Part shown: piece by piece, positions 15,396 through 25,525 of the stretch
How positions within the stretch are numbered: position 1 is the first letter of the stretch
How the letters are laid out: every line of letters begins with the position of its first letter
NCBI RefSeq assembly: GCF_009834535.1
Contig: NC_045696.1
Location: forward strand, 87,112,001 to 87,176,000
Direction of reading: 5' to 3'
DNA length: 64,000 nucleotides
Origin: Camelus ferus
Lineage: Eukaryota
Notes under the pieces: generated by a model
What the model was told of the DNA's origin: nothing
Databases searched by the model: none
What the model saw: only the letters and a program-made list of their open reading frames with translations
Program-made: the position numbers and the translations under genes

Positions 15396-16699
15396 TAAGG
15401 TTTTTAGTTATAGGCATGCTTAGTTTATTAAATTTTAGTGTATGATTTTCCTCCTCTAAATTGTGATTCTCAGCTATTTTCAATCCATTGGCATTTAAAA
15501 GGAACTGAAAATTCTCTATCATCCCAATGCAAATCAAATGAACACTGAAAAAGTAAATGTTAATCACTAGAACTAAACAGGACATACTGTTATTGTGTTT
15601 TATAGTGTTGTATCTCACATTTATAAAATCATGATTAATTCATGCCATAATTAAGAAAACAGTTTTCATCTTGGTTTTTGATTTGTAGTGTTTTAAGTAT
15701 CTTGATATTTTTAATTCATCTTAAAATGTATACATTTTATTGTGGGTAAACATGGAATATGTTTATGATCGTGGAAAGATAAGACTATTCATATGTACCA
15801 TACATAAAATATGTTTAAAGTAAATAATTTGCAAATCACAAATCAGAATAACATAATATCATCTTCATTTTTGTTTGAAGGTCTTAAATGCATATTCTGT
15901 TATATTTGTGTATTGCCTTAACAAAATTCTTACTAGGTACATATGTTTCTGTCTCTTAAAGAAATATTTGCCACAGGTTTATATGATTAATATCACAGTC
16001 TTGATAGGGATAAAATTGTATTAATATAAAAGATCTGATGTGAGCTTTCAAATATCATTTGTAGTTACATGTAATTTTCTTGCAATAAAACAATTAAAAA
16101 GGAATTTATTCAAGATTATTTAAATCTATTTAAAATAATCATTTGACATTTTCTCAATTACCTGTTTATCTCCAATGTATAGGGTGTGTTTAATAATTAT
16201 TTGTTAAATAAATTAAAGTGAATCTTCTAGGTAACAGATTAAAATGGAAATAATATGACATTAATCTAACAAATTTACTCTAAGCAACAACTATTTTTTA
16301 AACACTAATTATATGGGCTCATTGGGGTTGTTGAATCACTGTGAATGAGATGTCAAAAATAAGCTGGTAGTTGTCCTAATTTCAAGATCTCCTATAACAT
16401 AGGCTCCTTAAGGCCTCTTTCCTCATATATACATATACACACTATATTATATACACTTTTTTTTATCCCTTTGGTTCATTTATTTTTAGAAGTTACAGTG
16501 CTGATACCTGTTCTACTTGCAACTTTTATTCTCTCGTACCCTATTCTCTACTGAACCCTATTATTATCTCTTACATCACTTTCAAACTTCATTTTCTACT
16601 ACTTCTCACTTCTTTCATTAGGGCAACTATCTATGTATCCCACATACTTAACTATCTTTTATTTGCTGAGTACTGTTTTATTTTCATGAGATCAACCAT

Positions 16700-18310
16700 A
16701 AAGATGGGACTTGTAGTTCAGCTATGACATGTAAAGAGCTTACAAGTCCCATGGGCACAAGATAAAAAGCTGGCCAAACTGAAAATCATTGTTTTTCTTA
16801 GACTCATCAGAAAATTGAAGTTACAAGGTAAATCACCACCTCAAAATCTGGCGAGATGGGCTACTGTAGAGAAACAGCTAATGTGGAGCAGAAGCTGCCA
16901 GAGCCGTAAACTGGTAGAACATGTAGATGATCATGTTGATTAATTGCTGGAGGCCAAGTGTGGACTCTTGAGAATGAGAAACTCTTGGAGGGATGCAGTC
17001 TCATAGGGGCTGTCATACTTTTTGGAGTTTTAACTTCAGGAACCCACAAGTTTCTCATACTGAGGAGCTAAGAAAATTCACCTCCTATCTTCAACGCAAG
17101 ATAAAATAGCTGTTGTGAAATGTGCCTTGTGTGCAGTCCATAAAAGGCCTCCTCTTCAGGGAAAAAGCTTTACCAAAGCCTTATCCCATATAGATAGAGG
17201 CATAATTACTTAACATAAGCACTCACTAGCCTTAATATCTCACATAAGGGTGAGAGGAAAACAAAAAAGATAAGAAACATTTGTTTTTTATTTTTTGTAA
17301 GAAACACTTGTGAAGGTCACAGTCTAGCTACCCAGGCCCATTAAAAGACTAAGATTTAATCAAAAGATAATAGAATTTAAGTGAAGTAAGCCAGAAAGAG
17401 AAAGAAAAATACCATATGATATCACTCATATGTAGAATCTTAAAAAAAGAAAAAAGAAGACACTAATGAACTCATCTACAAAACAGAAACAGACTCGCAG
17501 ACATAGTAAACAATCTTATGGTTACAGGAAGGAAAGAGGGTAGGAAGGGATAAATTTGGGAGTTCGAGATTTGCAAATATTAACTACTATATATAAAAAT
17601 AGATAAAATACACTTTCTTCTGTATAGCATAGGGAACTATATCCAATATCTTATAATAACCTTTAATGAAAAAGAATATGAAAATGAATATATGTATGCA
17701 TATGTATGACTGAGACATTATGCTGTACACCAGAGACTAACTGATTGTAACTGACTATAGTTCAATTAAAAAAAAAAGGAATAAAAGAATAATTAGCTTC
17801 CCAATTCCCTACCACCACTTCAACAGGGCTTTAAATATAATAACAGAATTATAACTGGAAATGATGAAGGCACAAACTATCTTTAGGAAGAAGGTCTTAG
17901 AGAAACACGAAGACAGCAAGGAAGACAAAAATTTGAAGCCCCTGACACCTCCTGTTACAGCAAACATTAAACATAACTCAACTCCTAACCAGATTCATAT
18001 AAAACTCACACTAAATGTCTATTTACCTCAGTTCCTATTGCTTGCTATGTCATGTCCAGCTCTCAACCAAAAATTACATGCCCTGAAAAATGTCAGGAAA
18101 AAGCACAGCCTGAAGACACAAAGTGAGCATCAGAACTGGATTCAGATATGACACAAATTTTGGAATTATCAGACAGTGTCAAATAACTGTTACTATATTA
18201 AGAACTCTAAATGTAAGAGGTAGTCAATTTTCAAGTACGTATGTGTCATGTAAACAGAGAGATGGAAACTCTAAGGATCAAAATGAAATGATAAAAAAAT
18301 CAAACCCACT
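16700..18310 (+). mobile_element. Old L1 5' region (5' UTR / ORF1 start remnant), interrupted by a younger L1 3' end
   Basis: Resembles L1M 5'-end sequences ('gactcatcagaaaattgaagttacaagg', 'ttggaattatcagac', 'agagatggaaactctaag'). Confidence 0.55.
17378..17778 (+). mobile_element. Short L1 3' end insertion
   Basis: 'taagtgaagtaagccagaaagagaaagaaaaataccatatg' ([16 protein letters not shown]2 C-terminus), then 3' UTR and poly-A. Confidence 0.85.
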
Positions 18311-19614
18311 GTAATGATGAATCTATATGAGTCAATAAGATATTTGAGGCAAGTTCATATACTCCTATTTGTCAAATAAGTGAGATTTTTGGTATAAAAA
18401 TGCTTTTATATTCTTCAAGACATTATTTAAAGCTTTTATAATATCAAAATCAGGAGGTTCTTCCATCATGTTCACACACTGGTACTCACACCAGTGATTT
18501 TAGCTGCCTAAGATGTTGTAGCTTTGCAGTAACAAATTATGCACTCTGCTACAGTTACAAAAATACATCAAATACATATCATTTGTGTGTCTCTGTATAA
18601 AATAGAGAAGGCAAAAATTATAAAATTGGGTTTTTAGGCTTTATGGCATACAAATTAGGAAAAAAACAAAACATGAAACTTTCAGGAACCAAACCACAAA
18701 CTATAAAGATTTCCTCTAATAGGTGAGGTATGTATTTCAAGTAATCTCATACTCTGCAAAATATATATATATATAAAAATATATTGTTTTACAAAATTAT
18801 ATAAAATAAATTTATTATTTTTAATAATAAAAATATTTTTAGCTTTGAATTATGTATGCTGCCTTTTTGCCTGCCAAATATAACTCATTTGGATAAAATA
18901 TAAGTTATGAATAAATAAGAAGTTCTACAGTAGAAAATTCTTAGGCATTTCAGAAGATAATGCAATACCAAATATTTTTAATCAATTAATTTAATTCACC
19001 CATCAGTTTACTAGTTTACTAATAATTTATTCTCTTATTTAGCAAAAATGTATTATTGAAACATGACTATAACAGGGCACTACACACAAACTGAATGAAA
19101 TATAACCCTTGTGCTTGTGTTTAGAGACTCAGTAGAAACTTTATATAATTCAAGTTTCTTATTTATAGAAATCAACTCTAATTAACCTAGCAGTAATGAA
19201 TTTCATATAAAACATAGCTCAAATATCAGCATAGCTCAAGCAATGATTGGGAAATGAACAGGAACAAAATGCAGCCAGATAGCCTGATCCACAAACAAAT
19301 CATGATAAAATAAATGTCAGGTTGGAATGTTGTCATCACTGCTGCTGGTGAGGGAGGACCACTGTTGGCATTATTTCCACAGAACCCGGATTTTTTCTCT
19401 CCCTAGTTATAGTTACCCTGAAGAATGTCTCTTCGCCCCATTGAGAAAAGGCTAAAAGGAAAACCAAAGTCCACATATCAGAAATTATTATAGGAGTGTT
19501 TCACAGGGTATAATCTCCCTTCCATTCAGTGAATTCTGAGTCTTTGAATTCACACATTTCTGGGAAATGAGTTTGGCACTATGACTCAAAATTTGTTTAC
19601 AGATTCTTGTTTTA

Positions 19615-19725
19615 CATATATAAACACACTGAAACACACACACACACATAAACTCACACACACATATATACGTACATACACACATACACATATGCATATA
19701 CATATGTACAAATACACATACAAAT
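19615..19725. repeat. (CA)n/(TA)n mixed microsatellite
   Basis: Directly visible. Confidence 0.85.
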
Positions 19726-20539
19726 GTATTTTTCAGTTTTGCAACCAAAAATTAATGTGTAGTTAAAATGAAGACGACCTCTGGGAGGCTGCCTAGTATT
19801 TTAGTCCTCAGGGTCAAGAACAATTAGAATGAACTTATAAAAACCCCTTAGGACAGACCATTTTGCTGACTCTGCCAGCTCTGCAATTTATCCTGGCAAC
19901 CACATCCACTTTGCCCCTCATGCTATATGTCACTATTTGATCTTTACCTCTTTTGGGGTCCTCTAATTCCCTTGATTGCAGTTGAAGTGAATCCATTTCA
20001 ACTACAGAAACTTCTATCATCATCTATAGTCTATACAAAATTGCCACAAAATCACTTGTCAAAGATAATGACATGACTCCGCAAATTTTACACCTTGCCC
20101 TTGGAGGGATTGTCCTCTGGGCCTTGCCAGGGGATATTTAGGAAGAGTGTGGGCCATGTTAAATTCACTCCAGCATTTTCCTTTCTGTCAAAATTGTTTC
20201 AATTTATTTCTCAACATAGTACTTGGATTTGTTGGCATTTTCATTAAATTGATCATTGGCTATCAGTGCCACCTGATCAATGTTGTGGCCCACTCACAGC
20301 TGTTTATGCTACCATAGTGAATCTAGAAACTCTAGCAGATAGACTGGTGTTAATTCAGCCAACTGTGTAACTGTGTACTCAGAATACCCCCATCTCTAGT
20401 CCCCAGATTTTCTATAATATAAATACTAATGTAAATTGCTAAAATTAAACACTGAAAATCTTTTTCTATAATTCCTCTTTTCAAAGTTGTCTTTAATTGA
20501 CAATCCCTAGAGAATTGTAAGCTGTTACCTAATTCAATG

Positions 20540-20710
20540 TTTCTCAACATTGGCTAAGTTTCCATCTTAGCCAATCAGTGGGGGAGACTGAAGATCCTTA
20601 ATGTCCAGGCCATTCCCTAATTACTTGTATTGGTATTCCTGGGGAGGAACTCTGGCATCAGGACTTTTTATAGCTCCCTGGGCAATTTCAATTCACAAAG
20701 TTGAGAAATT
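20540..20710. mobile_element. MER5-type hAT MITE fragment
   Basis: 'caatgtttctcaac...ctccctgggcaatttc...aaagttgagaa' termini. Confidence 0.5.
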
Positions 20711-20745
20711 TTGCTTTTAGACTAAAGACAGCAATAGATGAGGAA

Positions 20746-21258
20746 TGTGGTAGGCTAAATGTTGGTCCTCCAAAAGATATGTCCAGATTCTAATCCAGAA
20801 CCTGTATCTATTATCTTATTATAGCAGAAAGAGTGAATATTACCTTGTATGGCAAAAGATGTGATTAAATTAAGAATCTTGAGAGGATGGGCTTTCCGGA
20901 GATTATCTAGGTGGATCCTAAATGCAACCACATTATCCATGTAAAAGAGAAGAGGAAGGAGTTTGGGGACAGACTCACAAAATAAAGGACATTTACAGAG
21001 GAAAAGATGATACAAAGATGGAGGCAGAGATTGGAGTGATGCAGCCAGAAGCCAAGGAATGCCAGTGATGCCTGGCTGCACCCTAAATCTAAGAAGCATG
21101 GAATCGATTCTCCCCTGGAGCCCTTGCAGCAAGTGTGGCCCTGCTAACATCCTGATTTCAGAATTCTGGCTTACAGATCTGCAAGAGAATAAGTTTATGT
21201 TGTTTTAAGCTGCCAAATTGGTGGTTATTTGGTAAGGCAGCCACATGAAAACTAAGGC
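20746..21258 (+). mobile_element. MLT1 (MaLR) solo LTR
   Basis: Starts 'tgtggtaggctaaat...ccaaaagatatgtcc'; 'agccaaggaatgcc'; ends 'gttgttttaagctgccaaattggtggttatttgg...gcagcc...aaactaa'. Confidence 0.85.
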
Positions 21259-21497
21259 AAGGAAGAATAAAAAGTAATTTTCTTTTTCAGGGAAATTTCT
21301 ACATCTTTAAGGCAAGGCAGATATAACCTTATCAGATAATGGCTAATAGGAAACACACATAGCACATACTGGTATTTAGTACTGCCTTGTGCATTTGCCT
21401 TGAAAACAAACAAGGACACACTCACCAACAGCAGAAGAGAGTATATATATATATATACATACACACACACATACATATACATACACACACACACACT

Positions 21498-21700
21498 CAG
21501 GGCTTAGGGACACTGACCCTCAGTGCAGTCAAAAATCTGTGTATAAATTTACAGTTGTCTCTCTGTATCTGCATTTCTGCTTCTGGGGATTCAAACAACT
21601 GAGGACCATGTAGTACTGTAGTATGTGTCTACTGAAAAAAAAATTCACATGTAAGTGGACCCATACAATTCAAACCTGTGTTGTTCAAGAGGCAACTGTA
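21498..21700. mobile_element. Tigger3/MER7-8-type DNA transposon MITE, preceded by a TA/CA microsatellite
   Basis: TIR 'tgttgttcaagaggcaactgta'; internal 'gcagtcaaaaatctgtgtataa'. Confidence 0.75.
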
Positions 21701-23322
21701 TGCACATGTGTAGGTAGAGAACCGGCAGAATGAGCATCTCTCTGTCTTTTTACTATTTGCACAGAGGTGTATTTTGGCCTAGGAACAGCTGGCTGAACCG
21801 TGGGAGGGCCTCCAGAAGACAGACTCTAAACATGATAAAGGAGCTAAGAACATACAGCCAACCATGTAGTAACTGACACTTCCTGGCACAGGAAATAATC
21901 CTTAGGAGCTTCAGGACATCAACTGGAGAGTTTACATATCAGTGTTGATGCTGTCAGTCAGAAGCCCTGTCAAACTACTCTTTTGCTCAATGAACAAAAG
22001 AGGGAAGAAAAGAAGCCTTCTCAGGCTCCAGGGTTTCTCTCTTCTTAGCACTTCGTATATTTGAAACATTTAATTCTCTCAAGAACCCTGTTTCACAGGT
22101 ATTATCATCCCCATATACGTATTGGGAAATTAGGTTCAGAAGAGTTATTTAATTTGCTCAATTAAATGTCAACGACAAAACTGAGATCTGTGCTGTTAAC
22201 CACATGCCTACACTGCAGCAATGGGGACCCTGAGGTTTCAATGCGTCAGATGTGGTGAGCCAGGGTCACCTTCTCGGGCATGTGATCCATGCAGGGCCTT
22301 GAACTTAAAAGGGTCCTATGATTGCTTTAATTCATCTTAATTTGTGAACATAGGGCTATACAGCTTGCACTGGGCCCTCCAAATTACGTAGCCAATCCCG
22401 CTGTAAGCTTTTGGAATTCCCCTGAATAGTTTAATTCTATTCTCAGGTTTCCATTTCTTACTAAACAAAGTGCTTATGTGCACATAGTATCTAGTAATTG
22501 ATTTTGAAAATCTACATTTCAGAGTTTCTAAATGCATATTTTAACATCATTTTTAAACATTACTGATTTCTGGATACACCTTTAAAATTGGCATCTTACA
22601 TTCCCTGTTGGTCAGGTGGCAGTCCGGATTCAGTAGCTATTACCTACACCTGTGTAAAGATAAGCACTGTTTTCCATATTATCAAGCCAAGTTATCTACA
22701 TAGTCAGAACAACACCTGTTGTGTTTGACACTCAAAATGTCTTCAAAGAGACTGTCATCTTTTAAAAAACCTCTTTGAATTCTCTCCAGTCTGTTAAAAA
22801 GTAGACTTTACTTGACCTCACTGCAGTAAGAGAAAACATCACCTTGACAGAGTCTTTGAACTATCTCAGAAGGAGGAAGTCAGAACCGGGATATATATAA
22901 GGGTTTGGGGGAATCTGAGCTCAAGTGGTTTATGATGGGTCTTTTAAGGCAGAAAACAGATGGGACTTAGCCAAAGTGTGCGAGGCTTTTGTCCCATTCA
23001 TACTGGGTTCAGAAATTTCCTGAAGCAACGTGCAAAGTCATTTGTGGGTTTACAAACTTATCTTTACTGAAACAAGCTACAATATCATGGGATACAGGTT
23101 ATCTTAATTTGTTTTTGAAGTTTACTGTTCATGGAAAGTGTATATTTTAAACTAATGGGGGCTTCACTACAATTCCACATTAGGGAAAGAGCAAAAGGCA
23201 AATGCTTGACATCACTACTACTTGCTACTCAGGTACTGGCATTGTCTGGAATTTGTAGCAAATGCAGGGTCTTAGTTTCCATTCCTCCACCTCCAAATCT
23301 ACATTTTTAACAAGATTATCAC

Positions 23323-23793
23323 TGTATTAGTCTAGATTCTCCGGAGAAAAAGATCAATTACATATATATACATACACATAACTTGCTATATATTATATAT
23401 AGGATTTATTATGAGGAATCAGCTCATGCAGTTAGGGAGGCTAAAATGTCCGAAGATCTGCATTTAACATGTGGAAGATTCAGGCAAGCTGATGGTATAG
23501 TTCCAGTCAGAATCTAAGTCCAAATGCAGATGACAGATGTCGCAGCCCTCAGACAATCAAGTAAGCAGAAAGAGTGAATTCTCTCTTACCCTCATTTTTG
23601 TCTTATTCAGGTCTTCAACAGACTGAATGAGGTACAGCCCTGTAATACTGCAGGGGGCAATCTGCTTTACTGTCTACAAATTCAAATGTTAATCTCATAC
23701 ATAAACACCCTCATAGACACACCTAGAATGTCTAACCAAATATCTGGGCACCTCATGGCCCAGTTAAGTTGGCACATAAAATTAACCACCACA
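23323..23793. mobile_element. MLT2 (ERVL) solo LTR
   Basis: 'tgtattagtctagattctccggagaaa'...'aaatatctgggcacctcatggcccagttaagttggcacataaaattaaccaccaca'. Confidence 0.85.
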
Positions 23794-24479
23794 CTCACGA
23801 TGTATATGCACATAAGAAATCCTGGTTTCAGGTACCACTGAAATGAGGCAGCCTACGAGTAGAAAAAGCTGTGTTAACTTTTAGACACCAAATTGGGCGC
23901 AACAGCATAGTCTTTCAAACTAAATATAATGCAGCTGGAGGAAAGAGAAATTGCCAACTTCTTTGGAAGAGAGGAATTAAATTTTAAAGAACCAAGAAGT
24001 TAGTGAGATATATTCAAGTTTCAGGCCAAACCATTGTTCAATTGTTGACACTCAATTTGTCAGAAAATTTGCATTTTGGACAGAGCTGTTTAACTTCCAT
24101 GTGATTCAACTGAGCGAATGCGAAGAGTTTAGTAAATTTAGAATGGACTTGAATTAAAACTTGAAGGAGAGTGTCAGAAGCTTGGAAGAATACCCCAGAG
24201 CCTATAATAGAACGATTTTTAAAAAGAAATGCTGCTGCACCGTTAACAGTCTTGGGGACACAGGGAAAATATTGCATGGAAAAATCTATATATCAATGAC
24301 TCCAAATTAAAGAGATTCAAAAATTCAGACACTGAATTTAAAGACACTTAGGAATACCTTAATTAGTTTATTCCTTTACAGTTTCCATTATGGATTATAA
24401 GAATGATTAATACATGTTTAAAAAATACATATCAAAACTTGGTCTTAGTTTAGTTTGGGAGGTTTTGTGTGCTTGTTTT

Positions 24480-25525
24480 TAGTTATAAATCTTTATTGCA
24501 GCTTCTCACAGCAGAACTGAGTTTGCAGCTCATCTTGGTTTCCTCAGAGTGGGGCCCCAGGGGTCAGGGCACAGGAAAGGAAACAAGCCACTGCCAGGGA
24601 GGGTGGCCACCCCTGGAGGAGACAAAACGTTCACAAATTCTCTTGTGCCACACTGCAGGGGACCAGGGTCTCTGGCCATGAGGTTCCTGAGGGAGAACAC
24701 GTGGCGTCGAGGGGAGGTGGGGGAGAGAGGGGAAACGGGCTGAACGCACCAGCTTCCACCACTTGAAGGTGATGGGCTCTGCGCACACGCTGGTGCGCAG
24801 TGCACCTCCCCACGCCCAACCGGATATCGCCGGTGCGCAGGGCACCTCCCCACGCCAAACCAGGTAGGCGTAGATAGAAGTTGTCCGCAAAGGCGCAGGG
24901 GGAGCCCAGCGGCTCCAGCAGCTCCGGCAGAGGCCAAACCTTCTCCAGACAGCAATGGCGCTTGATGATGGGCCTGAGAGCTCGGGCAGGTCTAAGTGCT
25001 TCCCCAGCACCAGCAGTTTGCCATGTTTGGGAAAAAGGCTTCGGCTTTGAGGGTCCGTCTGAAGCGCCCACGAACGTGAAAAGCTGCAGGATGCTGATGA
25101 TGTTCCGCTCTGTCAGGACCAGCTCTCGCTTCAGCACCTCTGGGTTCCGGTCGATGCAGCTCTCCGCCTATGAATCATGACAGAATTTCCATTGTTTTCT
25201 GCTTTTTTTTTTTTTTTTTTTTTTCCTTTCTTCTTCACTCCTTCGAAAAGTTCCTGCAGCAGTTAGTCAGGAGCAGCTGGAAGCCCTTCTTTGGCTGGGG
25301 AACTCGTGCTCCTGGCCCATAAACAGCCAGTTGGAGTAGCGTTTCACAAGGGCCTGCACCTGCTCGGCCTCGAGGAAATCCCGCAGAGCGTGGTGCGTCT
25401 CCAGCTCCCATTGCGGGGGTAACTGCTGTTCTCAGAGAGAATCTTGCCACCCAGCAACTCTTTCCTCTCCCAGCCTGTGACCAGGAGGCTCATTTCCAGG
25501 TTCCAAAGGAGTTGAGGTCAGTAAC
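24480..25525 (-). pseudogene. PADI4: Processed, 5'-truncated pseudogene of protein-arginine deiminase (PADI4-like): C-terminal ~260 codons plus 3' UTR
   Basis: Frameshifted translation gives LNSFG.LEMS, HALRDFLEAEQVQALVKRYSNWL, KGFQLLL, FEGVKKK, ESCIDRNPEVLKREL, KAEAFFPNM, LGKHL, CCLEKV, LLEPLG, GEVHC and ITFKWWKLV, collinear with the PAD4 C-terminus and intronless. 3' UTR 'ctcagttctgctgtgagaagctgcAATAAA' (signal at 24492-24497) is followed by a decayed A-rich tail. Confidence 0.9.
24788..24867. repeat. 40-bp tandem duplication covering the PAD active-site GEVHC codons
   Basis: cgctggtgcgcagtgcacctccccacgcccaaccggatat / cgccggtgcgcagggcacctccccacgccaaaccaggtag. Confidence 0.9.

Noticed and set aside
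19488..21602. His/Thr- or Val/Cys-rich short ORFs
   Set aside because: Translations of CA/TA microsatellites
24530..25180. Overlapping 99-168 aa ORFs as a novel gene
   Set aside because: They are out-of-frame mosaics of the PADI pseudogene; GC richness explains the open frames
25203..25224. T22 as a retrocopy poly-A tail
   Set aside because: PAD homology continues on both sides; the true tail lies near 24465-24480, after AATAAA
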